Assembly (NCBI GenBank): GCA_001004665.1
Contig: LCRO01000002.1
Span: forward strand, 27,060-91,059
Direction of reading: 5' to 3'
DNA length: 64,000 nt
DNA from: Candidatus Adlerbacteria bacterium GW2011_GWA1_54_10
Lineage (GTDB): Bacteria > Patescibacteriota > Minisyncoccia > Phycocordibacterales > SBAW01
Position numbers and translations under genes: made by a program. Below are positions 29,237 through 36,236 of the stretch, one piece after another. Positions within the stretch are counted from its first letter, which is position 1, and each line of letters begins with the position of its first letter. The notes below the pieces were generated by a model. It was not told the DNA's origin. It ran no database searches and worked only from the letters and a program-made list of their open reading frames with translations.

Positions 29237-29898
29237 ACTCTGTTTTTCTTGCCGTTTTCGGTCCACTCCGTCAAGCGCCAAGCCTTTACTTCGACAGGAT
29301 TGACGAGACGCAGATCTTTTAACACGAGTCTGGGGGCAATGGGTGAGTGGGGCGACCTGTCTAATTCCTCGGCGAGCCAGTCTATTTTTTCTGCCGTTAC
29401 CCACCGCTCCGGCTTTAAGTGCCGCAGGTCGAAAGGCCGCGAGTGCGCGAGCATTGTTTTTTGGCGATAATATTTGTCCTTGTCTGGCCAAAAATATTCG
29501 TGGAAATACGACATTGTTAGCTCGCGCACATTTTTGTACACGGGGTCCCTGTACCGCAGGACCGGATGATTTGTCTTGCTTATAGCGCCCCATAGACCGC
29601 CCTTCTTAAAGGGCGCCACAACATGGTCAAGGTCAATATCTGCGGATTGTATATCGAGCAGGAGCGGGAGATTCCCATGGAAGGATAGGGAAGCGGCGGC
29701 AAAAACCGCCCCTTCCATACAATGTGCCTTTCCAGCCTTTAGCACACCGCGCGGCGAGAGCATCCCCTCCCTGCCCCGCGGAAAATTTTGGGGGAGTGAC
29801 TCCAAATAATCTTGGATTTTCTGCGGAGTCGAAAGTTTTTCAAAGACCCTATGCTCCGCGGGGGAGAGTAGGGCGCGTATTTGCGCGGAATAATTCAT
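29233..29898 (-). CDS. hypothetical protein, possible transglutaminase-like cysteine-peptidase fold
   Basis: GKAHCMEGAVFAAASLSFHGNLP (compare TGase core GxCxxFA...GxP) then DLDHVV (candidate His). No signal peptide. Confidence 0.4.
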   Translation of the reverse strand: MNYSAQIRALLSPAEHRVFEKLSTPQKIQDYLESLPQNFPRGREGMLSPRGVLKAGKAHCMEGAVFAAASLSFHGNLPLLLDIQSADIDLDHVVAPFKKGGLWGAISKTNHPVLRYRDPVYKNVRELTMSYFHEYFWPDKDKYYRQKTMLAHSRPFDLRHLKPERWVTAEKIDWLAEELDRSPHSPIAPRLVLKDLRLVNPVEVKAWRLTEWTENGKKNRV

Positions 29899-29974
29899 TT
29901 TCGTATTTTATCATCTTGCGGGAATTATAAAGGGTCGCACAATGTTTCTTTTGCGTCGCATAAGCTATTTACTT

Positions 29975-30014
29975 TTCCATAAAACAAAGCCGCTGGCCAT
30001 GAACCAGCGGCTTT
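29975..30014 (-). terminator. rho-independent terminator downstream of the SLT-like gene (minus strand)
   Basis: Perfect 11-bp inverted repeat AAAGCCGCTGG-CCATGAA-CCAGCGGCTTT at 29986-30014. On the minus strand it is followed by GUUUUAUGG. Confidence 0.6.
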
Positions 30015-30018
30015 GTTC

Positions 30019-30435
30019 TTACTTGCGCGCTATTTGATTTTCTTTTCCCCAGCACGGGCTCGAGGAGAGCCACGGGGTCGTCCCTTCCTTTTCGAAGAGA
30101 TATTTCGCGTAGGATAAATTTCCTTCTATCGTATAAAGGTCAAGATCGAGCTTATCGGCAGTCTTGCTATGATAGAACTCGTTGACCTGCATCACACCGA
30201 CATCCTTTGGATTGATCTCGCCGCGATGAACAGAGCCGTCTTTGTCGAACTGACGGAAACGCGACTCGCACCTTGCAACATCTATCATTATCGGCGCATC
30301 GGCAAAGTACCCGCGAACATATTCCTCGATTGTTTGTGCCGCGGGCATGAGCGACCGAGCGACAGGTGCCGAGCCGGCGCGGGTCGCGGGAATTACCGCA
30401 GAAAGCGCCAAAGCGACGCCAAGAGCGAAATACAT
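30019..30435 (-). CDS. secreted lysozyme-like protein (lytic transglycosylase SLT-family motif)
   Basis: N-terminal hydrophobic segment MYFALGVALALSAVIPA. ARCESRFRQF ... GVMQVNEFYH resembles the SLT catalytic ES ... GLMQ motif. The ORF-track start at 30489 is TTG, so ATG at 30435 is preferred. Confidence 0.5.
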   Translation of the reverse strand: MYFALGVALALSAVIPATRAGSAPVARSLMPAAQTIEEYVRGYFADAPIMIDVARCESRFRQFDKDGSVHRGEINPKDVGVMQVNEFYHSKTADKLDLDLYTIEGNLSYAKYLFEKEGTTPWLSSSPCWGKENQIARK

Positions 30436-30537
30436 TGGTATAAGGGCATTGTTTTGACTAAATGAAGTTTTTTTCAGGCCTGTGCCCAAAAAATAAGCCC
30501 CGACTCGACTGCCGGAGGTAGAAACATACTATCATTA

Positions 30538-30611
30538 TTTGTCAATAGAGTCAAGCTAACAACTTGACAAAATAAAAAGCTTCTCCCTTCGCCAAGTCAA
30601 GCTTGCTTGAC
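30538..30611 (-). promoter_or_regulatory. promoter region of the SLT-like gene with two GTCAAG-N-CTTGAC palindromes. Putative TTGACT-17-TAGTAT promoter on the minus strand
   Basis: GTCAAG-CTAACAA-CTTGAC at 30550-30568. GTCAAG-CTTG-CTTGAC at 30596-30611. Additional TTGTCAATAGAGTCAAG. Confidence 0.35.
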
Positions 30612-30620
30612 AACGTATTT

Positions 30621-31553
30621 TTAGAGCATAAGCACTTTTCCATCAAATGCGGACATGATTTTGACTCTCCCGTGCCCATGTACGACTTCCCCGACGATTG
30701 CGGCTCCTGGCAATTCTTGTAAAGCGGCTTTTCCCTCGTTTTGGGGAACCGACAGTACGAACCCGATGCCGCAGTTAAAAGTAGTATACATTTCCCTGCT
30801 GGAAATGCCGCGTTTATAAAGGTCGAAAAATATTTTCTGAGGCATAAGTTTTCGCTGTGGTCGTATTATGGCATTGTTTGATCCAAGAATATCTTTTAGC
30901 TTTGCGAAGGCTCCGCCGGTGATGTGCATCATTCCGTGGACTGTATGTTTTTCCATAAATTTCAAAAGATTATCCAGATAAATTTTCGTAGGTACGGTAA
31001 ATTCCGGACGCCGTGCTTTTCCAAATATACGGCGCACGGTAGTCATGCCGTTTGAATGCAGTCCTGAACTTTTAAGGCCAACAAGAACATCGCCGTCTTT
31101 AAACTCATTAGGTTGCGGCTTTTTGACGAAACCCGATACGGTCATGCTGATATCGAGCCCTTCAAGGTTGTTATGGAATGAATTTTCCCCGCCAACGACA
31201 GCGATCTTACGATTGCGACATTCGGCCACGACAGCCTGGATTATTTTAAAAATCCTCTCGTCTTCTACCGGTACGGTGATGTGGTTTGAAAGTTTGTAAG
31301 GAGTGGCTCGTACCAGAGCCAAATCGTTTAAATTCATCGCCAGTGCATCCAGTACAGCACTTTTAAAGGTTCCAGCCCGCCAGTGGTAAAAACCTTTGGT
31401 CCCGATGCCGTCAGTATGATCGACCTCGGGATATCGAAATTTCTTTTTGAAGGTCGGATATACGCCACGATGAACCTCAATATGCGGAGTTTTCCAAGTA
31501 CGCTCTATAGCTCGCAAAATTTTGTATTTGTACGGCTTAATCGGGTTATACAT
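30621..31553 (-). CDS. PurM-like protein (AIR synthase family: phosphoribosylformylglycinamidine cyclo-ligase-like)
   Basis: DHTDGIGTKG...AMNLNDLALV; AVVGGENSF; GDVLVGLKSSGLHSNGMTTVRRIF; MMHITGGAF; EMYTTFNCGIGFVLSV. PurM motifs throughout. 311 aa. Start ATG at 31553. Confidence 0.65.
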   Translation of the reverse strand: MYNPIKPYKYKILRAIERTWKTPHIEVHRGVYPTFKKKFRYPEVDHTDGIGTKGFYHWRAGTFKSAVLDALAMNLNDLALVRATPYKLSNHITVPVEDERIFKIIQAVVAECRNRKIAVVGGENSFHNNLEGLDISMTVSGFVKKPQPNEFKDGDVLVGLKSSGLHSNGMTTVRRIFGKARRPEFTVPTKIYLDNLLKFMEKHTVHGMMHITGGAFAKLKDILGSNNAIIRPQRKLMPQKIFFDLYKRGISSREMYTTFNCGIGFVLSVPQNEGKAALQELPGAAIVGEVVHGHGRVKIMSAFDGKVLML

Positions 31554-31559
31554 ATTTTG

Positions 31560-31630
31560 TCGGGCCGCCGGGAATCGAACCCGGTCTACATCCACCCCAT
31601 GGACGCGTACTGCCGGTATACTACGGCCCG
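31560..31630 (-). tRNA. tRNA-Pro (anticodon GGG)
   Basis: Minus-strand cloverleaf GGGCCGUAGUAUACCGGCAGUACGCGUCC-AUGGGGU-GGAUG...CCGGGUUCGAUUCCCGGCGGCCCGA. 7-bp acceptor stem, TPsiC loop UUCGAUU, anticodon loop AUGGGGU. CCA is not encoded. Confidence 0.8.
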
Positions 31631-31697
31631 TCTTCGCTCGCCGAAGCGAGCTACGACGGGCACAGCCCATTGTAGTAGTTCGCGTAGGAGAGTTGTT

Positions 31698-32297
31698 TTA
31701 ACTTTGCCACGGAATATCGTATCGCTCAAATTCGGGCAGGAGTTTTTTGTCATACAGCAGTCGGGAGATTACTTCGGCGTGGCTTTTGGCGCCCGTAAGC
31801 GCGTTATGGGGCACGGGCTCCTCGGGGATGCCGCAGTAGTTAAGCACGGCGTCTAGATTGAGAGCTGAATGCTTTTTTATAGGGTCGATTGGGGGAGTGA
31901 GTCCCCTCTTTACCATGTGCATAAAGCAGAGCGTGTGGGAGTCTATGGTGCGGTGCGCAAATGGCCAATTGACATGTCCCGAGCGCTCCGCGGCATATTT
32001 TAGAAAATCGCGATCAAATGATACGTTTTGCCCGGCAAAAGTCTTATCATCCACTTCCTCGGTCCAGACAATAAATTTTTGGACCAATTCCGACTCGGTT
32101 TGTTTGTCCGGATCAGTTGCGATCTCTTGCGTTAAACCCAAAAAATCAAGCGATGCCTGTTCGACATGCAGGCCGTCCATAGCTCGACACTCTTCGTAAA
32201 ATTGTCGGAATGGATTAGAAAAATCTATTGCCCCAACGCTAAAAATAGAATGCTTGTGAGGCTCAATCCCGAACGTTTCTACGTCTACCGCTATCAT
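31698..32297 (-). CDS. DEDDh 3'-5' exonuclease, oligoribonuclease (Orn)-like
   Basis: MIAVDVETFGIEP (Exo I DxE), GQNVSFDRDFL (Exo II), HRTIDSHT / HNALTGAKSHAEV (Exo III H...D). 199 aa. Confidence 0.65.
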   Translation of the reverse strand: MIAVDVETFGIEPHKHSIFSVGAIDFSNPFRQFYEECRAMDGLHVEQASLDFLGLTQEIATDPDKQTESELVQKFIVWTEEVDDKTFAGQNVSFDRDFLKYAAERSGHVNWPFAHRTIDSHTLCFMHMVKRGLTPPIDPIKKHSALNLDAVLNYCGIPEEPVPHNALTGAKSHAEVISRLLYDKKLLPEFERYDIPWQS

Positions 32298-32551
32298 ATT
32301 TTATCGAGCGCCCGCCTCGCAAAATCCTCTACTTTAAGTACCACTTTATGCATTTTGGGATACTTAACCGTGTGCTTGTCGAGCCAAGCTCTCGTTGCGG
32401 GCGAATATAGGGAAATGAGCAAAATTCCTATAGCAAGAAAAAGAAATCCCTGAAGGAACGGGAGCGCTAGCCCTATGACTCCAAGCACTATAAAAACGAG
32501 CCCCAGAGCGAGAACTATTACTCTTTTGGCCTGATATTTCATTGTCAACAA
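32294..32551 (-). CDS. small inner-membrane protein, YbaN/DUF454-like
   Basis: 85 aa with two hydrophobic helices (VIVLALGLVFIVLGVIGLALPFLQGFLFLAIGILLISLY). 4-nt overlap with the exonuclease gene. Confidence 0.45.
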   Translation of the reverse strand: MLTMKYQAKRVIVLALGLVFIVLGVIGLALPFLQGFLFLAIGILLISLYSPATRAWLDKHTVKYPKMHKVVLKVEDFARRALDKI

Positions 32552-32838
32552 TTTGCGACTCGTTCATATCCGGCTTCACGAGCCTGCGCTTCGGTAGCGA
32601 ACCATATGCGGTTTTCCTCCTTTATCTGCTCGGCACCGGTGCAGGAAAGTACATAATACTTTGCGCCGTTAACCGAAGCAACAAAATTTTTTTCATAATT
32701 TGCCGCCGCCTTTTGCAGTGAAAATTGGTCCAAAGCGGAGAGCCTGCCTAGCCCGAAGGCGGAAAATCCTACCAGAACCACAATGGCCGGCAGGATAAAA
32801 GGCTCGAGTTTGCGGAACCGCCAGCCTTCTGGTATCAT
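32545..32838 (-). CDS. small membrane-anchored protein with an Ada N-terminal-domain-like motif
   Basis: MIPEGWRFRKLEPFILPAIVVLVGFSAFGL (TM), then KYYVLSCTGAEQIKEENRIWFATEAQAREAGYERVANC, which resembles ENVxFxxxxEAxAAGxRPC of Ada_Zn_binding. 7-nt overlap with the downstream gene. Start is 16 bp from the divergent rpmA start. Confidence 0.35.
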   Translation of the reverse strand: MIPEGWRFRKLEPFILPAIVVLVGFSAFGLGRLSALDQFSLQKAAANYEKNFVASVNGAKYYVLSCTGAEQIKEENRIWFATEAQAREAGYERVANC

Positions 32839-32854
32839 GCCTGAACTGTAGCAT

Positions 32855-33127
32855 ATGGCACATAAAAAAGCTGGCGGTTCCGCCAAAAACCTTACCGATT
32901 CAAATCCAAAATATCTCGGAGTAAAACTCTTTGCCGGAGAGACGGCCAAGCGCGGCGCCATTATCGTGCGCCAGCGCGGAACAAAAATACTCCCGGGCAA
33001 AAACGTGGGGCTTGGCAAAGACCACACGATTTTCGCTCTTAAAGACGGCAGGGTTGCCTTTCGCTCCGCGCGCAAAATAAAATTCAACGGCCAAAAAACC
33101 GTCAAATCTATCGCCGAAGTTTTGTAA
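32855..33127 (+). CDS. rpmA: 50S ribosomal protein L27
   Basis: [69 protein letters not shown]. Confidence 0.95.
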   Translation: MAHKKAGGSAKNLTDSNPKYLGVKLFAGETAKRGAIIVRQRGTKILPGKNVGLGKDHTIFALKDGRVAFRSARKIKFNGQKTVKSIAEVL

Positions 33128-33163
33128 CTTCCACTAGGTAAGCTTCGTGGAAAACCGCCGCTA

Positions 33164-33574
33164 TCACCACCCTCCCCATCCGTAAATTCCAGAATTTACG
33201 TTCACGTTTACGTTTTGATTCAGGTTCGAGGAATAATATCCCGGATAATAATAGTAATACGGGTAATAGTATGGATAATATGTGTAGCTTGGATAATAGT
33301 AATTAGAGTAGTAAGAATGCTGTGGATAATACGAGCCGCAGTTATAACTATAGCAATAAGATTGCGAAGGGTACGAGGGGTATGAGTAAGACGACTGATT
33401 TGAAGGATAAGAGTAGCTCTGCCCTTGGCACGGATACGAGGCGTTAGGCGGACAATAATAACCGGAAGAGTACCCTCCGGGGGAATAGCCGCCGGAAGCC
33501 CCTGCCGCCATGGGCAACGCCAATAACATAACAACCACTGTCGCCGCTAATACCGCATTTTTCATGCGATACAT
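33164..33574 (-). CDS. secreted tyrosine-rich low-complexity protein (signal peptide + Y/S/P-rich region + NVNVNVN + GWGGW tail)
   Basis: MYRMKNAVLAATVVVMLLALPMAAGASG, then GGYSPGGYSSGYYCPPNASYPCQGQSYSYPS...YYYPSYTYYPYYYPYYYYYPGYYSS. About 35% Tyr, 4 Cys. Lies 7 nt downstream of rplI on the same strand. Confidence 0.6.
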   Translation of the reverse strand: MYRMKNAVLAATVVVMLLALPMAAGASGGYSPGGYSSGYYCPPNASYPCQGQSYSYPSNQSSYSYPSYPSQSYCYSYNCGSYYPQHSYYSNYYYPSYTYYPYYYPYYYYYPGYYSSNLNQNVNVNVNSGIYGWGGW

Positions 33575-33581
33575 TTTAAAT

Positions 33582-34028
33582 TCAAGCGGCTGAAGTGATG
33601 ATGACGCCGAATTCCGCTTTCATGGCCTTGCCGCTAAGCTCTATTATATGCTCCCCCAGCGTCTTAAGAGGCTCGTTTAAATGAATCGCCGACTCCGGCA
33701 TCTCGAGAGAATGCTCCGCGCGTATGGCGGCGGCGATGTCTCCGGCGGAGACCGCCTTAAACAATCCTCCCTTTTCCGTTGCACGCGCGGCTATAGCGAC
33801 GGTTTTGCCGCGCAGGGAATTTACTTTCCCGTCGAGCTGTTCTTCGTCCGCTTTTGCCTGCAACTCGCGCCGCGCGCGCTTTTGCTCAAGCTCGGCGAGC
33901 CTTTCGAGAGTCGCGGGCTCGGCCAACTTTTTTGGGAACAAGAAATTCCGCGCGTAGCCGTCGGCCACCTCTTTTACATCGTTATGTTGTCCGACGCTCC
34001 GAACGTCTTTTAATAAAATTATTCTCAT
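33582..34028 (-). CDS. rplI: 50S ribosomal protein L9
   Basis: MRIILLKDVRSVGQHNDVKEVADGYARNFLFPKKLAEPATLERL. Confidence 0.9.
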   Translation of the reverse strand: MRIILLKDVRSVGQHNDVKEVADGYARNFLFPKKLAEPATLERLAELEQKRARRELQAKADEEQLDGKVNSLRGKTVAIAARATEKGGLFKAVSAGDIAAAIRAEHSLEMPESAIHLNEPLKTLGEHIIELSGKAMKAEFGVIITSAA

Positions 34029-34032
34029 CTCT

Positions 34033-35280
34033 TTATTGGCTCGCCAGCCAGGTTAGGGCATGGTCAAACTGCGGATCGCGGCCGGCCGCAGTATCCTCCG
34101 GAGTACGTTTTACATCGATGTCGGGTTTAAGACCTCCGTCGGAAATTGACGAACCGTTCGGAGTAAGCCATTTTGCCATAGTTATCTTCAGCTGGGCGCC
34201 GCCTCCAAGGTCGAAGAGCTGCTGGACCGACCCCTTGCCGAAAGTGCGCTCGCCTATCAAGACAGCCTTGCCGTGCTGTTGTAGGGCACCGGCTAATATC
34301 TCGGAGGCCGATGCGCTCCCCTCGTCTACAAGAATGGCCATCGACAATTTTTTATTTGCAAAAACGTTGTAGCCGACGCTGCGGTGCACGACATTTGGCT
34401 GCTTGCCCGCCTGCGCGGACAGACCCGCAAAATCCTCGGTAACTACCGGCTCGCCGACCGGCAAAAAATAGCTTGCCATGTCCACCGCCGCCTCAAGATA
34501 CCCGCCGGGGTTGTCGCGCATGTCGAGCACCATCTTAGTAGATCCGCTCGCAAAGAACTCGCGCAGGGCCTGCTGGAAGAGCGCGGGCGAAGTTTCTGTA
34601 AAGCTGTAAAGCTCGATAACAAAGACATCACCCTTGCGGTACGAATTGAGTATGGGCACTACTATGATGTCGCGGATTATCGAAAACTCTATCATTTTGC
34701 CGTCGCGCTCAAGCGTCAGGTCTACCGCAGTGCCGCGCTCGCCGCGTATAAGTCGCACTGCCTCATCTACCTTCATCGCGCGTGAGGGAATACCGTCTAT
34801 AGCGGCAATAATATCCCCGCTCTGCACACCCGCACGCTCCGCGGGCGTTCCCTTCAGGGGCGCGACAACGGTAAGTACTCCTTCCTTGCTCCCAAGCTCC
34901 ATGCCGATGCCGGAGAAGGAGCCGCTAACAGCCTCCTGAAATTCTTTTGCTTCCTGAGGCGGCAAAAATACAGTATAGGGATCCTCGTAGCTTTCCGTAA
35001 GGCCTTTTATTGCGCCCCACAACCTCTCCTGCGCGGAAGGCACAGTGCTGGACGCGCTTGATTTGACGAAGTTCTGGTCGAGGAGTCCCCATGCGCGCCA
35101 AAACTCCTCGGCGTCTACCCCCACTGGAGCCTGTGTACCGCTCGTGATGTTGGTTATAGTGACGGTCGCCGCGCCGACAAGACTGTTGCCGCGCTCGGAG
35201 ACGCCCGCATAAAGGCCAGTGCCAAACGAGAATGCGAGCGCAAGCAAAATTATCGCCGCCGTCAGCCGAGTTTTCCGCAT
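34033..35280 (-). CDS. carboxyl-terminal processing protease (S41, CtpA-like) with PDZ domain
   Basis: Signal/TM MRKTRLTAAIILLALAFSFG. PDZ GIGMELGSKEGVLTVVAPLKGTPAERAGVQSGDIIAAIDG. S41 core VLDMRDNPGGYL ... GSASASEILAGALQ. Confidence 0.85.
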   Translation of the reverse strand: MRKTRLTAAIILLALAFSFGTGLYAGVSERGNSLVGAATVTITNITSGTQAPVGVDAEEFWRAWGLLDQNFVKSSASSTVPSAQERLWGAIKGLTESYEDPYTVFLPPQEAKEFQEAVSGSFSGIGMELGSKEGVLTVVAPLKGTPAERAGVQSGDIIAAIDGIPSRAMKVDEAVRLIRGERGTAVDLTLERDGKMIEFSIIRDIIVVPILNSYRKGDVFVIELYSFTETSPALFQQALREFFASGSTKMVLDMRDNPGGYLEAAVDMASYFLPVGEPVVTEDFAGLSAQAGKQPNVVHRSVGYNVFANKKLSMAILVDEGSASASEILAGALQQHGKAVLIGERTFGKGSVQQLFDLGGGAQLKITMAKWLTPNGSSISDGGLKPDIDVKRTPEDTAAGRDPQFDHALTWLASQ

Positions 35281-35286
35281 CGCGAG

Positions 35287-35321
35287 ATTATAGCACACCG
35301 CCTGATTTTTGGTTGTATAAT
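35287..35321. promoter_or_regulatory. divergent leaderless promoters: extended -10 TGCTATAAT for ctpA (minus strand, 35295..35287) and TATAAT (35316-35321) for the corA-like gene
   Basis: Minus strand reads GCTATAATCTCGCG then ATG (6-nt gap to ctpA ATG at 35280). Plus strand TATAAT, then 6 nt, then ATG at 35328. Confidence 0.5.
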
Positions 35322-35327
35322 TTATCC

Positions 35328-36236
35328 ATGCTGACGCGCTATACGCAGGGCGGTTTGACGTGGGTGGATGCGGTGGCACCCTCGCCGCACGAAGTAAAAA
35401 ACCTTATTAGTGAGTTTTGTCTCGACGGCGCGCTAGAGTGGGAAATCACCTCCCCGTCTCCCAAACCAAAGGTTGAGCTCTTTACCGGCTGTCTTTACCT
35501 TGTGCTCCACTTCCCCGCATTGCGAGCGTTCCATCAGCGCCCCGAGCAAGAAATAGACTTTATAATCGGTAGGAAATTTCTTATAACAGTGCGGTACGAG
35601 AACATTGATCCATTGCACTTCTTCGCCAAGACATTTGAGGTCGGGGCGGTGCTCTCGGACTCGTCGGCCATGCACGGCGGGCATCTTTTTACCGCGATGG
35701 CGCGTAGCCTTTACCGCTCGCTCACGCACGAGTGCGACGCACTTTACAGGCGGCTGGACGAGGCGGAAGATCAAATATTCGCCGGCAGGGAGCGCGAGAT
35801 GGTGGCGCACATTTCGAGGCTCGGGCGCATATTGCACGACTTCCGCCGTGCGCTCGCCCCGCACCGCGAGATGTTGGAATCGCTTGAGCCCGCAGGCGAG
35901 AAGCTGTTCGGCGCGGGCTTTGCATACCATGTGCGCTCGGCCCTGGGTGAAGAGGGGCGTGCCCGCCGCACGCTTGAGCACCTGCGCGAATGGCTCTCGG
36001 AACTGCAGGAGACCAACAACTCCCTCCTTGAGCTCAAGCAAAACGACATTATGAAGAATCTCACCATAATGGCGTTCACCACTTTCCCTCTTACGCTGAT
36101 CTCAAGCCTTTTTGCTATAGGAGCGGAGCATACGCCCATTGTCGGCATGCGCTATGATTTTTGGATAATTGTCGGCTTCATGCTCTCTTTGATGCTGTGC
36201 TTCTTCCTTTTCTTTAAATATAAAAAATGGCTGTGA
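35328..36236 (+). CDS. CorA-family divalent cation transporter-like protein with non-canonical GAE in place of the GMN motif
   Basis: Cytoplasmic N-domain plus two C-terminal TM helices. NDIMKNLTIMAFTTFPLTLISSLFAIGAEHTPIVGMRYDFWIIVGFMLSLMLCFFLFFKYKKWL (compare CorA ...AGIYGMNFEYMP...KKKKWL). Confidence 0.65.
   Translation: MLTRYTQGGLTWVDAVAPSPHEVKNLISEFCLDGALEWEITSPSPKPKVELFTGCLYLVLHFPALRAFHQRPEQEIDFIIGRKFLITVRYENIDPLHFFAKTFEVGAVLSDSSAMHGGHLFTAMARSLYRSLTHECDALYRRLDEAEDQIFAGREREMVAHISRLGRILHDFRRALAPHREMLESLEPAGEKLFGAGFAYHVRSALGEEGRARRTLEHLREWLSELQETNNSLLELKQNDIMKNLTIMAFTTFPLTLISSLFAIGAEHTPIVGMRYDFWIIVGFMLSLMLCFFLFFKYKKWL

Noticed and set aside
31383-31856. 157-aa plus-strand ORF spanning the tRNA-Pro gene, and 63154-63366 spanning tRNA-Asn
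   Set aside because: Both overlap canonical tRNA cloverleafs on the relevant strand. The translations have no homology.
32838-33105. N-terminal extension of the minus-strand ORF 32545-33105 (186 aa) overlapping rpmA
   Set aside because: That portion is antisense to the unambiguous L27 gene. Only the C-terminal 97 codons (from ATG 32838) were kept, at low confidence, because of the TM-plus-Ada-like motif and translational coupling to the downstream gene.
33220-33534. Alternative reading frame (104 aa, Ile/Thr/Arg-rich) of the Tyr-rich gene region
   Set aside because: Lacks the signal peptide and start context of the 33164-33574 frame. Produced by the same TA-rich repeat DNA. The Tyr-rich frame has a convincing Sec signal peptide and tight coupling to rplI.
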